A DNA stretch of 64,000 nucleotides from positions 24,393-88,392 of the forward strand of contig JAJZYB010000003.1 of the NCBI GenBank assembly GCA_021806135.1, given 5' to 3'. The stretch is from Thermoplasmata archaeon (GTDB lineage Archaea; Thermoplasmatota; Thermoplasmata; Lutacidiplasmatales; UBA184). Shown here piece by piece: positions 18,342 to 28,413 of the stretch. A model generated the notes under the pieces. It saw only the letters and a program-made list of their open reading frames with translations. It was not told where the DNA came from and made no database searches. A program made the translations under genes and the position numbers. The stretch's first letter is position 1. Each line of letters opens with the position of its first letter.

Positions 18342-19013
18342 TCAACCTCCCGTGTCGGTATACTGAGCTAGCGCCACTTGAGCTTCGGGGGGTGTCGGCC
18401 CCAGGAGCGGTTCCAGGCTGGGGAAGCGCTCGATGTCCACGAGCACGGCAAGCCTTCCCCGGGGGCCGAGGGCCTGGCGGAGGGCGTGGATGCGTTCGGC
18501 GGAGAACTTGGCCCGGGCCTGTTCCAGGCGGCGCGAGCCGGCGCTGCGTCCGAGCCGGGACTCCCATTCCTCGGCGTATCCTTCGGCATCGGCCCGGGCC
18601 GGAGGCGCCCGGGCGAGGGAACGCTCGGAACGGTTCCGCCGCAGGAGATCGAAGTAGCCGATGTTCTTCACGTAGAGCTCGGAGTAGTGCTCGTCTCCCG
18701 GATCGAGCGCCCGGACCGGTAGGCGGCGCTCGTCGGCCCAGGTGAGGGCGAGGAGGAACGAGGGCGACGGGACGCGGACCTCACCGAAGCGGCAGAGCCC
18801 CCGGGCGTACCCCATCTCCGACGGGGAGAGCGGGACCAACGGTTCCGGTCCATCCGGGGGAAAGTACCGGCGCAGGCTCGCCAACTCCTCCTCGGAGAGG
18901 CTCAGCGCGATCTCCTGCGGAGCGAAAGCCTCCAGAACGGGCCGGAGCGCGGCGGTCTCGCTCTCCAACCCTCGCACCGCCCCCACGAGGAGCGTTGGCG
19001 GGTCGGTGCCCAT
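18342..19013 (-). CDS. Conserved hypothetical protein
   Basis: The globular-looking C-terminal part of the 18342..20072 ORF (MGTDPPTLLVGAVRGLESE...LAVLVDIER), 8 nt downstream of the regulator gene. Confidence 0.75.
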   Translation of the reverse strand: MGTDPPTLLVGAVRGLESETAALRPVLEAFAPQEIALSLSEEELASLRRYFPPDGPEPLVPLSPSEMGYARGLCRFGEVRVPSPSFLLALTWADERRLPVRALDPGDEHYSELYVKNIGYFDLLRRNRSERSLARAPPARADAEGYAEEWESRLGRSAGSRRLEQARAKFSAERIHALRQALGPRGRLAVLVDIERFPSLEPLLGPTPPEAQVALAQYTDTGG

Positions 19014-19021
19014 CCGGTGCT

Positions 19022-20008
19022 TCACGGGACCCGGCGTCGCTCCCGCAGGAGCTCCCGTAGCTCCTGGGGGTCGGCGTGGCGGCGCAGCTCCTGATAGGTC
19101 ACCAGGGGAACTCCCTCCACGTCGGTCCGGGTCCTCCGGTCCGGCACCAGGAACACCGAGATCCCCTCGGCCACCCGGGAGATCTGCCAGAGCAGGAGGC
19201 TCCGGCGCGGGGTGGACTCGATGGGGCCGACCCCCATCACCAGGACGTCCTGGCGTTGCGCCCGCTCCTCCCGGGCCAGCGCATCGAAGGGGGTCCGGAT
19301 GGTGAGGGTGACGTCCCAACCGTTCTCGTCCAGGTCGGAGACCACCTGCGCGGGGACGGAGGTGCTGGGGGGCCGATCCGGGTCCGGGTCTTCGTTGGAG
19401 TCCCGGTAGAGGAGGGCCGTGCCCTCTTCGAACGGGTCCAGCGCAGCGGCCAGCGGCACCTGGAGGAAAGCCTCCAGCCGGGCCACCACCTCGGCGTCCG
19501 CCCCCCCGCCCTGCTCGTAGAGCTGGATGGTCCGGCGGGAGACCCCGGCAATATCGGCGGCGGCCCCCAGGGAGAGGGACCGGGCCTCCCGCGCCCGGCG
19601 GAGGGCCCGGCCATCGATCCGTACGAACTTGCCTCCCGGGCTCGAGAAGAGGAACGGGGGGACGCCCCGGAGCAGGTACTCCTCCAACCCGGCGAGAGAG
19701 AGGATCGGCACGCCGTGACGGCTGTAGAGCACGCTGTCCTGGAGCGCCCGGGCCCCCGTGGCCCGTCCGACCACGAGGGGGACGGCCCCCAGGGCCTCCG
19801 CCAGGGTGCGCAGCAGCGTGGCGTCCTGCGGATCGAGGGCATCCACGTTCTTGAGGACCTTGATGAGCAGGAGCGTCGAGTCCCTCCGGGCGATGAGGTC
19901 GAAGGGCGTGGGCCTCACGTGATGCAGATCGAAGAGGTAGAAGCCTGCGCGCTCCAGAAGGCGCGTGACCCCCCGGAGCCCGGATTCCCGGTCGGTGAAA
20001 GGGGGCAT
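19022..20008 (-). CDS. Archaeal HTH (cro/C1-type) transcriptional regulator, COG1395-like
   Basis: FDLIARR...LLIKVLKNVD N-terminal domain, central HTH (LSLGAAADIAGVSRRTIQLYEQG), then the repeated PFDAL domain. Confidence 0.88.
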   Translation of the reverse strand: MPPFTDRESGLRGVTRLLERAGFYLFDLHHVRPTPFDLIARRDSTLLLIKVLKNVDALDPQDATLLRTLAEALGAVPLVVGRATGARALQDSVLYSRHGVPILSLAGLEEYLLRGVPPFLFSSPGGKFVRIDGRALRRAREARSLSLGAAADIAGVSRRTIQLYEQGGGADAEVVARLEAFLQVPLAAALDPFEEGTALLYRDSNEDPDPDRPPSTSVPAQVVSDLDENGWDVTLTIRTPFDALAREERAQRQDVLVMGVGPIESTPRRSLLLWQISRVAEGISVFLVPDRRTRTDVEGVPLVTYQELRRHADPQELRELLRERRRVP

Positions 20009-20034
20009 GAGCTCGTTCTCTCCTACCCCTGGCG

Positions 20035-20043
20035 TATATATAT
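20035..20043 (-). promoter_or_regulatory. TATA box for HTH regulator
   Basis: TATATATAT about 27 nt upstream of ATG 20008. Confidence 0.6.
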
Positions 20044-20078
20044 GGGCCCGGGAGCGGAGCCGGACCGTTCACCGGAGT

Positions 20079-20639
20079 TTACCGACCCTTGCGTTTCCGG
20101 CCGGAGGCGCCGGGCCGGGCCGCTGGCGCCGGACCGCCGCGGGGGGTCGGTCGGACCGGGGCGTGCATCGAGGGGGGGGACGGCGGCGCCGGCGGCCGGG
20201 CCGGAGGGGCCCAATGCAGGCGCTGCTCGAGGGCCTGGTCCCGGAGCCCCTTGATCTTCAGATACGGGACTTCCACGGAGAACCGCTCGGTGCCCGGGAC
20301 CTCCGCGAGGGTCCCCACGTACGATCGGAGCCAGGTGGAGAGCCCGTCGAGATCCTTGAGAAACCCCTCCCGTTCCGGGGCGGAGGGGGAGTTGCCCCGG
20401 AGGCTCAAGGCGCGCCGGGCGGAGGAGAGGGAGCCGAGCGCCTCGGTGATCGCCTGGCGGACATCGGCGGCCATGCGCTGGGCACCCCGCCCCGGGTCGA
20501 GGGTGGTGAGCGTCCGGTCCAGGGCCATGACCAGGTGCTCGAGCGCGACGGCGTGGGACTCGGTATCCGGCACTGGGGACCGGTAGGGGCTCCCGGGAGA
20601 AATAGGCTCGGACGGAGGGCAAGGGCTCAAGGGCTCCAT
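20079..20639 (-). CDS. Hypothetical helical protein
   Basis: Plausible amphipathic core (HAVALEHLVMALDR...YLKIKGLRDQ) filling the intergenic gap. Start uncertain. Confidence 0.55.
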   Translation of the reverse strand: MEPLSPCPPSEPISPGSPYRSPVPDTESHAVALEHLVMALDRTLTTLDPGRGAQRMAADVRQAITEALGSLSSARRALSLRGNSPSAPEREGFLKDLDGLSTWLRSYVGTLAEVPGTERFSVEVPYLKIKGLRDQALEQRLHWAPPARPPAPPSPPSMHAPVRPTPRGGPAPAARPGASGRKRKGR

Positions 20640-20662
20640 CCGCTGCCGGTAAGCGGTGGGAC

Positions 20663-21481
20663 ATGGTCGGACTCCCGGTCCCGCCGCCGTTGAGACCGGT
20701 CCCCGGTGAGCCGGTGCTCCGGGTGCAGGAGGATCCTCCCGTCCTGGTGGCTGCCGACATCCACGTGGGGCTGGGGAGTTGGGAGCCGAGGGCTCCCCGG
20801 CCATATGTGGCGACGGGGGAAGGGCTCGCGGAACGCCTCGTGACCGTGGCCCGACGGGAGCGCGCGCACCGGCTCCTGCTCCTCGGGGATGTGAAGGACC
20901 CCATCGGCCGGGTCCCCTGGTGGCTCCGGGCCGAGCTCGAAGGCTTCTTCCTGCAGCTCACCGGAGCCGGTCTCGACGTGGAGGTGGTCCTCGGCAACCA
21001 TGATGCGGGCCTGGAGGACCGCCTGCCGAGCGGGATCCGGGTCCGTGGGGCCGAAGGGCTCCTCCGGCGCGGGGTGGGATACTTCCACGGTCATGCGTGG
21101 CCATCGGACCGGCTCCTTCGGGGGGCACGGGCGCTGGTGATGGGCCACCTGCACCCCGGGTACCGGCTCGCCCTCCCCCGGGAAGCGGGAGGGTCGGGGA
21201 AGGAGCGCTGCTGGGTGCGGACGCTTCTCCCTCCGAACTCCCGGACCGAGCTCGCCCGGCCGCGTCGTCATCCGTTGCCCCGGGCCCGGGAGGTGCTGGT
21301 CCTGCCGGCGTTCAATCCCCTGTGTGCCAACGAGGCCCTGAACCGTTTCGCCCCGGCCCGGGGGCACCGGTTCATGGTCCGTCGCTTTCTCCTACGCGGG
21401 AGGTCCCGGGCCTTCCTCCTCGATGGGACCGACGTGGGAGAGCTGACGTGGGGACCCTCCGGCCGCCGTGGAGAACGGTGA
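20663..21481 (+). CDS. Calcineurin-like metallophosphoesterase (COG1407-like)
   Basis: ADIHVG, LLGDVKD, GNHD, FHGH, MGHLHP, LPAFN. Confidence 0.9.
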   Translation: MVGLPVPPPLRPVPGEPVLRVQEDPPVLVAADIHVGLGSWEPRAPRPYVATGEGLAERLVTVARRERAHRLLLLGDVKDPIGRVPWWLRAELEGFFLQLTGAGLDVEVVLGNHDAGLEDRLPSGIRVRGAEGLLRRGVGYFHGHAWPSDRLLRGARALVMGHLHPGYRLALPREAGGSGKERCWVRTLLPPNSRTELARPRRHPLPRAREVLVLPAFNPLCANEALNRFAPARGHRFMVRRFLLRGRSRAFLLDGTDVGELTWGPSGRRGER

Positions 21482-21504
21482 GGGCGTAGACCGGGCGGGG
21501 CCGC

Positions 21505-22560
21505 TCAGTCCTGGCTTTCCACCGAGAGGAGCCGGTTGAGGCCATCACAGGTCAGGATGACCCCCAGGCCAAAGACCAGGATCCAGAGGGCAGGAAAGAC
21601 CACCCCCCACCACGGGTTCGCGGAGGCGAGCGGGGTCCAGGCGGTGGCCCCATTGGCGAGGACCCAGGTCCATTCGGGAAAGTTGAAGGAAGGGAGGAAG
21701 GGAAGGGGCGGGGGAGCGAGGGGGGGTGCCACCAGGCCGTGGCAGAGGGCGGGATTGATGAGGGTGTACGCGTACTGCAGCCCTCCCAGGATGGTCAGCA
21801 CGGAGGCGAGCGTGGTGGGGACCTGGGCAAAGACCGGATAGACGCTGTTGGGCAGCACGTGCCGGATCATCAACCGGGAGCCGGAGGCGCCCGAGGCCCG
21901 GGCCGCCTCCACGAAGGGCAACTGGGCGACGGTCCGGGCCCGGGCCCGGACCACGCGGGCGTACGGCGCCCAGACCACGGAGAGGACCAGGAGGCCGAAG
22001 ACCCAGAGCCGGTCTGCAGGGTTCACCACGTCGAGGACGTAGATGCTGGCCAGCGCCACCACCACGAACTCCGGGACGGCGAGGAAGGAGTCGGTCAGGG
22101 CCATGAGCACATCGTCGAGGATCCCTCCTCGCAGGCCGGCAAGGGTGCCCACGAGCAGCCCGACCAACACGGCCGGGACGATGATCTCGGTGAGCAGCAG
22201 GAGGTCGTACGGGGTGCCCTTCACGAGGCCCTGGAGCACGTTGAACCCCAGGCCGCCGGTCTCTCCCAACGGGAAGGCACCTCCCTGGAGCGGCCAGAGG
22301 CTGAAGGTCGGGCCGCTGATCGTCGGACAGGCGAAACCGGTGCCCACGTGGATGGGCAGGACGGCGGGGTTCCCCGGATAGAGGAGAGGGGAGAGCGCCC
22401 CCACCCCGGCGTAGATGCCCAGGAGCACGATCCCCGCGATCAAGGACGGGGTCCGGGCCAGCCCGGCGAATCTCGCCCGTCCCTTCCGGTCGCCGGTGCC
22501 GGTCTCCTCGTCGCCCGGCACGGAGGCCCCGCCCGTCGGGCTCTTCGGTCCCGGGGCCAC
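21505..22560 (-). CDS. Peptide/nickel ABC transporter permease (DppC/OppC type)
   Basis: PLGETG, GLRGGILDDVLM, WAPYARVVR, FVEAARASGAS...RHVLPN, WWGVVFP, DGL. Confidence 0.9.
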   Translation of the reverse strand: MAPGPKSPTGGASVPGDEETGTGDRKGRARFAGLARTPSLIAGIVLLGIYAGVGALSPLLYPGNPAVLPIHVGTGFACPTISGPTFSLWPLQGGAFPLGETGGLGFNVLQGLVKGTPYDLLLLTEIIVPAVLVGLLVGTLAGLRGGILDDVLMALTDSFLAVPEFVVVALASIYVLDVVNPADRLWVFGLLVLSVVWAPYARVVRARARTVAQLPFVEAARASGASGSRLMIRHVLPNSVYPVFAQVPTTLASVLTILGGLQYAYTLINPALCHGLVAPPLAPPPLPFLPSFNFPEWTWVLANGATAWTPLASANPWWGVVFPALWILVFGLGVILTCDGLNRLLSVESQD

Positions 22561-25305
22561 TCAGCGTCCTCCTCCCCGGGACGGCTCGGCGACCCGGGGG
22601 TCCAGACGCCGGCTCAGGGCATCCGCTGCGATGTTCACGGCGAGGATGACCAGAAGGAAGAGGAAGGCGAGCACGGCCACCAGCGGGGGCGCGTTCACGG
22701 AGTAGGCCTGCCCCAGGATCCCTTGGACGAGGAACGCGCCGAATCCGGTGTCGTTGAAGAACCACTCCGCCAGGGTCTGGATGACGAGGAAGATGGCGAA
22801 GGTGTTCCCGAACGTGTATACGTAGACGGGCAGGACCAGGCGAGAGGTGTCGTGCCAGAGAAGGCGCCGTTCTGGCACCCCGCGGGAGCGGGAGGCCACC
22901 AGGTGGAAGTTCTGCCGGTGGCTCGCGGCCCCCAGACGAGCGAACCGGAGGAAGAGGGCGGAGTAGGCGATCCCGATGACGAACGACTGGAAGAGCGTCT
23001 TGGCGAGGATCACCTCCTCGGCCGGCCAGGCACCGGCCAGGGCCCCGTCCATCAGGGGGAAGCCGGTCGGGAGGGTCTGGCCGAAGTAGCCGATCCAGGA
23101 GGGAAAGCCTCCTCCGTGGATCGAGAACCAGGTCCCGGAGGGCAGGGTACCAAAGGGGGAGTCACCAAAGGCCTGGTTGAAGGGACTGTAGAAGACGAAG
23201 GTCAAAACCAAGACCAGGGCGACCAGGGGGAAGTACCCTCCGAAGGCAGCGAGGGTCCGGGCGGCGTGGTCCGCCTCTCGTCCTTGTCGCCAACCCGCGA
23301 GAAGGCCCAGGGGGTAGGAGACCAGGGTGGCGACCGCCAACGAGATGGCGGCGAGTTCCAGCGTATCCGGCAGGTAGAACTCTAGAAGGGTGATCACGGG
23401 GGCTTGGGAGATGAGGCTCCCGTTCGGCTCCAAGCGGTAAACGAATCCCCACTGGCCGGTGAACAGCTGAGTGTTGAAGGTCACCCAGCCGGGGAGGAAT
23501 CCCGTTCCCGACGCGGTGCTCCCGGTGAGGGTGGGCACCACCACGGAGAGGACGTAGAGCAAGGTCGTGCCGAGAAGGACCTGGGGGATCGCGAGCAAGA
23601 GCCGGCGTCCGAGCCAGAGGAGGAACGGGTTCGCCGCTCGCTTCTGGTGCCGGGTCTGCCAGCCGGGGAGCCAGGTGGGGAGGAGCCCCGGCAGTAGTCC
23701 TCCCCATTCCCCGGTCCGGAGGGCCGTTCCCACCAGGACGGCGGTCTGGCGCGTCCGAGAGAGAGGGTGACCCACGCCAGCCCGGATCCGCCGGGTGACG
23801 AGGGCGCTGGAGAAGGCCCCGGCGCCGCCCCAAAGGGCCACCCCGCCCACCACGGCCAGGAGCGCCCACACCGGCGGCCCCCCCAGGAAGGTGAAGGGGG
23901 AGACCGGGGCCGGCGGCTGTGCGTGGATGGTGAGGTTGGCGTCGGAGACCTCCCCCACCGCGTCGGTGACGTTAACGAAGACCACGTAGGTCCCGGCCTG
24001 CGCGAACGTGTGGACCTCCACCGGTGAGCCACTGGACGAGGGCCCGTCCCCGAAGCTCCAGGAGTACAGGAACGGACCTTCCCCTCCGGCAACGGCGGCC
24101 TGGAACGTCACCGTGAGGGGCGCGGTGCCGCTGCTCACGCTGGCGGTCAAGTGGGTGGTGAGTGGCGCGGTCCCGTTGGGGGCCCCGCCGAAGGGAACGT
24201 AGAGCGTCCAGCCCTGCTCCGTCACCCCCCCGGGTGCGGCGTACCCTCCCAAGAAGGTGTAGAAGTCGTTCCCGAGGGAAGGGTCGGGCAGGAGCGCGCC
24301 CGAGACCAGGGGCGGGGGGCCCACACCGGAGGCATATCCCACGGGGACCCACGTCCCGTTGGTCCACAGGAACGAATCATTCAGGGGCCCCGTGCGTCCG
24401 ACCCCTCCAAAGACCAGGGGACGGCCGTTCCCCGTGCTCACCTCGGCCGCACCGGACCGGGGGGAGGGCGCGCTGGAGGGAGACAAGGCCCGCCAGGCTC
24501 CAGAGCGGAAGGTCCACGTGTCGTTGTAGAAGCCCTGGGAGCCTTCTCCTCCGAAGAGGACCAGGCGGCCGGTCTGGGCATCGTAGCTCAGATCCGCCCC
24601 CGAGCGGGGGGAGGGGGAAGGGCTCAGGGAAAGCAGGGTCCAGGTCGTCCCGTTGAAGACCCAGGTCTCCCCTGACGGGCCTGCCGTTCCCTCTCCTCCG
24701 AAGAGCAGGAGTTCCCCGAGCGCCGGATCGTAGGCCAGCGCGGAACCGGAGAGGGGAGGGGGGGAGGACCGGGGGAAGAGCTCGGTCCAACCGGAGGTAC
24801 GGACGTAGGCCCAGGTGTCGTTCAGCGGCCCGTGGGGCCCCAATCCTCCGAAGAGCACCAAGGCCCCGAGGATCGGGTCCCACGCGAGGGTTGCGTCCGC
24901 CCGGGGAGGCGGACTGTGGATGGTGGAGATGTCGTACCAGGCCTGGGTCCCGAAGGCGTTGAAGAACCCCAGGGTCTCGTTGCAGAAGAGCCCGCAACTC
25001 GAATTCCCCCCGAAGACGAGGGGGAATTGAGGGCTCCCTTCGTAGAGGGCGGCGCTGGCGTTCGCTACCGGGATGCCACTGCCGGGGCCCTGGCTCCACA
25101 CCACCGTGAGACTACCCGGGACTGCCGCCGCAAAGGTCCCCGACCCGGAGGGACCTGCGGTTCCCGGGCCGCTGGAGAGGCGGGGGGCCGCAGCGGGCCC
25201 GAGGAGCAACACGACCGCGAGAAGCGCGATCCCGAAGGCCAGGAGGTACCTTGGACGGCGGCCGCGAGGCCAGGTCCACGGGCCGGGAGCGGCCTTCACC
25301 GCCAT
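22561..25305 (-). CDS. Fusion protein: signal/TM + Kelch beta-propeller + PKD domain + DppB/OppB-type ABC permease
   Basis: Six Kelch-like repeats (P.PR....LAYD...LVLFGG...NDTW), PKD (YSWSFGDG...HTFAQAGTY), TM, then permease (LPDTLELA, YPLGLLAG, PTGFPLMD, EWFFNDTGFG, NIAAD...LDPR). Confidence 0.85.
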   Translation of the reverse strand: MAVKAAPGPWTWPRGRRPRYLLAFGIALLAVVLLLGPAAAPRLSSGPGTAGPSGSGTFAAAVPGSLTVVWSQGPGSGIPVANASAALYEGSPQFPLVFGGNSSCGLFCNETLGFFNAFGTQAWYDISTIHSPPPRADATLAWDPILGALVLFGGLGPHGPLNDTWAYVRTSGWTELFPRSSPPPLSGSALAYDPALGELLLFGGEGTAGPSGETWVFNGTTWTLLSLSPSPSPRSGADLSYDAQTGRLVLFGGEGSQGFYNDTWTFRSGAWRALSPSSAPSPRSGAAEVSTGNGRPLVFGGVGRTGPLNDSFLWTNGTWVPVGYASGVGPPPLVSGALLPDPSLGNDFYTFLGGYAAPGGVTEQGWTLYVPFGGAPNGTAPLTTHLTASVSSGTAPLTVTFQAAVAGGEGPFLYSWSFGDGPSSSGSPVEVHTFAQAGTYVVFVNVTDAVGEVSDANLTIHAQPPAPVSPFTFLGGPPVWALLAVVGGVALWGGAGAFSSALVTRRIRAGVGHPLSRTRQTAVLVGTALRTGEWGGLLPGLLPTWLPGWQTRHQKRAANPFLLWLGRRLLLAIPQVLLGTTLLYVLSVVVPTLTGSTASGTGFLPGWVTFNTQLFTGQWGFVYRLEPNGSLISQAPVITLLEFYLPDTLELAAISLAVATLVSYPLGLLAGWRQGREADHAARTLAAFGGYFPLVALVLVLTFVFYSPFNQAFGDSPFGTLPSGTWFSIHGGGFPSWIGYFGQTLPTGFPLMDGALAGAWPAEEVILAKTLFQSFVIGIAYSALFLRFARLGAASHRQNFHLVASRSRGVPERRLLWHDTSRLVLPVYVYTFGNTFAIFLVIQTLAEWFFNDTGFGAFLVQGILGQAYSVNAPPLVAVLAFLFLLVILAVNIAADALSRRLDPRVAEPSRGGGR

Positions 25306-25331
25306 GGAGGAAAGTGGAGGGCGGCGGGATA

Positions 25332-27509
25332 CTATACCGTTCGGTCACGGGAAGGCCCCGTGGGGGAAGCTCGGAGCGCCTCCCGGAGCCGGTTCGCCTC
25401 GAGGATCGGGGGGAGGCACGAGGTCCCGGCGCAGACGAGGGCGCGGGGCTCGCCAGAGCCCTGGATCTCTCCCGCGGCCCCCGACGGGAGGGCGAACGCC
25501 CCGTCGAGGGGGGCCCGCAGGACCACCTTCCTCGGGTGGAAGGTGGTGAGGGCCGCCTGGAGAAGCGGGCTGCCGGTCCCCTTGGGACCCTGGATGAGCA
25601 CGTGGACCGGCTCCGTCCGGGCGATCCCTGCGGCCAGGGCGCTCCCGGCGGCGAAGAGGCCATGATGGGCCAGGCGACGGCTCAGGGAAGCGACCAGAGG
25701 CAGGTAACGGTCCCTCACCAGGGGATCAGAGGTGAGGGCCTCCAGATGCTCCCACGCCAGGGCCGCGGCGGCGTTGGGGGAGAGGTGCGGGGTGTCCTCC
25801 AGGGGGACATTGGGAAGTTCCCAGTTCCCCACCTTCGGGCCGTCGTAGAGGGAGGGGGCGAGGTCCCGCAACAATCCGTCCGTCGGGGAAAGGTAGGACT
25901 CCTGAGCGAGCTCCAGGATCTTCCGGGCCGTTCTGAGGTAGCGGTCCTCCTGCGTCGCCTCTGCCACCTTCAGGAGCCCCCCGGCGAAGCTCACCTGGTC
26001 CTCCAGGAGTCCCCAGATCCGGGGCCCGTCGGGGGTGAGCTGGTGGGCGACCCCGCGGGAGGGTTCGTATGCCTCGTCCAGGAACCGGTCCACCGCGGCC
26101 CGGGCCCGCTCCAGCAGCATCTTTTGGCCGGTCAGGCGGCCCGCGAGGGCGAGATTGCCGGCGAGGATCCCGTTGAGGGACGCGTAGAGGGCCGGGTCCA
26201 CTGCCGGGGTGGGGCGTCCCTCCCGCGCCCTCCGCATCTTCGCCTCCGCCTTTAAGAGCAGGTCCTGGGCCTCTTCCGGCTTGCGTCCCAGGGTGGCGGC
26301 GAGCTCCGTCAGGGGCAGGAGGCGGTAGAGCACGTTGCGCTCCGGGTCGTGGGGCATCCGTCCTTCGGAGCCGATCCCGTAGCGCCAGCTGATCGCCTTG
26401 AGCTCGTCCGGGCTGAGCAAGTGCTTGAGCTCGCTGCGGGACCAGGTGAAGTAGCTCCCGTCGTCCCCCGGGGCGTTGTCCGCGTCCTGGCTGGCGCCGA
26501 ACCCGCCCCGGGGGGCCTGGTCGAGCACGGAGAGGACCCACGTGGAGATCCCCTCCATCGCCTCACGGAACCGGGGCTCCCCGAGGGCCTCGAAGCCTTC
26601 CCGGTACGCCCCGAGCAGGTGTCCGTTGTCCACGGCCATCTTCTCGAAGTGGGGGATGTGCCAACCCTCGTCGACGGAGTAGCGGTGGAAACCCCCGCCC
26701 AGCTGGTCGTACAGCCCGCCCTCGGCCATGCGGGTGAGGGTGAGACGTGCCATCTCCGCCGGGGCAGGATCGCCGGTCTGGTGGGTCAGGTAGAGCTGGA
26801 ACGAGGAGGCCATCGGATGCGGGAACTTCGGGGCCCCACCGAATCCCCCGTGCGTGGGGTCGAAGTGTTCCTGGAGCGCCTGCGCCACCTCGTGGACGAA
26901 ATCGTGCCCGGCCGGTGGTTCCCGGGGGGCCGCCATCCCCTTCAATCCCTCTTGGATCGCTCTCGCCTGCCCCTTGAGGGCGTCGCGCTCCTCCCGCCAG
27001 AGCCGTGCCACCTCCCGGAGCACGCGTCGGAAGCCGGGCCGTCCTCCCTGATCTTCCGGGGGGAAGTACGTGCCCCCCAGGAAGACCTCCCCCTGGGGGG
27101 TCAGGAACGCGGTCAGCGGCCATCCCCCCTGCCCGGTGAGCGCGTTCACCTGGAGCTGGTAGCGTCGGTCCACCTCGGGGTTCTCGTCCCGGTCCACCTT
27201 CACCGGCACGAACAGTTGGTTCACCAGCGCCGACACTTCAGGGTCGGAGTAGGTCCCCTCGTCCATCACGTGGCACCAATGGCACCAGGCCGCCCCGATG
27301 TCGAGCAGGATCGGCCGTCCGGTCTCCCGGGCCGACCGGAAGGCGTCCTCCCCCCAGGGATACCAACCGATCTCCTGCTCGGCCGCGGAGCGCAAGTAGG
27401 CCGAGGGGGAGCGAGCGAGGCGGTGGGCGGGGGGAACGGGGGACCGGGTCACGGGGCTCCTTGGGCCGGGGCGAGCCCTCGACGGAGGGAAAAAGGCTTC
27501 CCCGCTCAA
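25332..27509 (-). CDS. YyaL/SPATA20-like thioredoxin-domain protein
   Basis: SPSAYL, WYPWG, WCHWCHVM, VDRDENPEVD, GGWPLT, GGTYFP, PKFP, GGFHRYSVD, PHFEKM, SQDAD. Start uncertain. Confidence 0.93.
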   Translation of the reverse strand: MSGEAFFPPSRARPGPRSPVTRSPVPPAHRLARSPSAYLRSAAEQEIGWYPWGEDAFRSARETGRPILLDIGAAWCHWCHVMDEGTYSDPEVSALVNQLFVPVKVDRDENPEVDRRYQLQVNALTGQGGWPLTAFLTPQGEVFLGGTYFPPEDQGGRPGFRRVLREVARLWREERDALKGQARAIQEGLKGMAAPREPPAGHDFVHEVAQALQEHFDPTHGGFGGAPKFPHPMASSFQLYLTHQTGDPAPAEMARLTLTRMAEGGLYDQLGGGFHRYSVDEGWHIPHFEKMAVDNGHLLGAYREGFEALGEPRFREAMEGISTWVLSVLDQAPRGGFGASQDADNAPGDDGSYFTWSRSELKHLLSPDELKAISWRYGIGSEGRMPHDPERNVLYRLLPLTELAATLGRKPEEAQDLLLKAEAKMRRAREGRPTPAVDPALYASLNGILAGNLALAGRLTGQKMLLERARAAVDRFLDEAYEPSRGVAHQLTPDGPRIWGLLEDQVSFAGGLLKVAEATQEDRYLRTARKILELAQESYLSPTDGLLRDLAPSLYDGPKVGNWELPNVPLEDTPHLSPNAAAALAWEHLEALTSDPLVRDRYLPLVASLSRRLAHHGLFAAGSALAAGIARTEPVHVLIQGPKGTGSPLLQAALTTFHPRKVVLRAPLDGAFALPSGAAGEIQGSGEPRALVCAGTSCLPPILEANRLREALRASPTGPSRDRTV

Positions 27510-27566
27510 CGGCGGCGCTTGCCCCGGGGAGAGTGACGCGCCGGGAGGCTCCCGGTTCCGACTATC

Positions 27567-27574
27567 CTTATAAG
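27567..27574 (+). promoter_or_regulatory. TATA box of proteasome/exosome operon
   Basis: CTTATAAG 40 nt upstream of the psmA ATG. Confidence 0.6.
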
Positions 27575-27613
27575 TGGGGGCGTAGTCCGCCTCGAAGTCC
27601 AGGGGAATTATCC

Positions 27614-28360
27614 ATGGAGATGCAGCCCGGCCAGATGGCCTACGATCGCGCGATCACGGTCTTCTCTCCCGACGGACGCCTCTTCCAAGTGGAGTACGCC
27701 CGCGAATCGGTCCGCCGGGGCACGGCCACCGCCGGGGTGGTCTTCAAGGACGGCGTGGTCCTGGTGGCCGACCGCCGCATCGCGAACCCGAAGCTCGCGG
27801 AACCTTCCAGCGTGGAGAAGATCCACCAGATCGATGGGCACATCGGGGCCGCCACGGCGGGCCTGGTGGCGGATGCCCGGGTCCTGGTGGACTTCGCGCG
27901 ATTGCAGTCCCAGATCAACCGGGTCACCTACAGCGAGCCCATCAGCCTCGAGGTCCTGGTGCGGCGGATCTGCGACTACAAGCAGCAGTACACCCAGTTC
28001 GGGGGCGTCCGACCGTTCGGCACGGCCCTGTTGATCGGCGGTTTTGACGACACCGGCGTGCATCTGTTCGAGACCGACCCCTCCGGCTCGTTGACCTCCT
28101 TCAAAGCCTCGTCCATCGGCGGGAACCGTGCCCCGGTGATGGAATTGTTCGAGCAGAAGTTCCAACCCGGAATGGAGCAGGACCAGGCCGTCGCCCTGGC
28201 GCTGGAGGGCCTCCAGCAATCCATGGAGGACCCCAGCAACCTGGCCAGCGTGGAGATCTGCGTGGTGGCCAAGGAGCGCGGTTTCCAGCGGATGGGCCCG
28301 GACCAGGTCCAGCGCGCCGTGAGCAAGCTCGCCCCCAAGGAACGCCCGGCGAAGAGCTGA
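27614..28360 (+). CDS. psmA: Proteasome alpha subunit
   Basis: YDRAITVFSPDGRLFQVEYA signature, GLVADAR, YTQFGGVRPFG, TDPSG. Confidence 0.97.
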   Translation: MEMQPGQMAYDRAITVFSPDGRLFQVEYARESVRRGTATAGVVFKDGVVLVADRRIANPKLAEPSSVEKIHQIDGHIGAATAGLVADARVLVDFARLQSQINRVTYSEPISLEVLVRRICDYKQQYTQFGGVRPFGTALLIGGFDDTGVHLFETDPSGSLTSFKASSIGGNRAPVMELFEQKFQPGMEQDQAVALALEGLQQSMEDPSNLASVEICVVAKERGFQRMGPDQVQRAVSKLAPKERPAKS

Positions 28361-28413
28361 AAGGTCCCCGAGGGGAGAGGACCTCGTCCCCGAAGGCCAC
28401 GGCGACCCGAACC

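Noticed and set aside
24190-25080. Periodic DNA similarity (about 150 bp) suggestive of a repeat array or CRISPR
   Set aside because: It corresponds to protein-level Kelch repeats within one ORF; there are no identical repeats with unique spacers.
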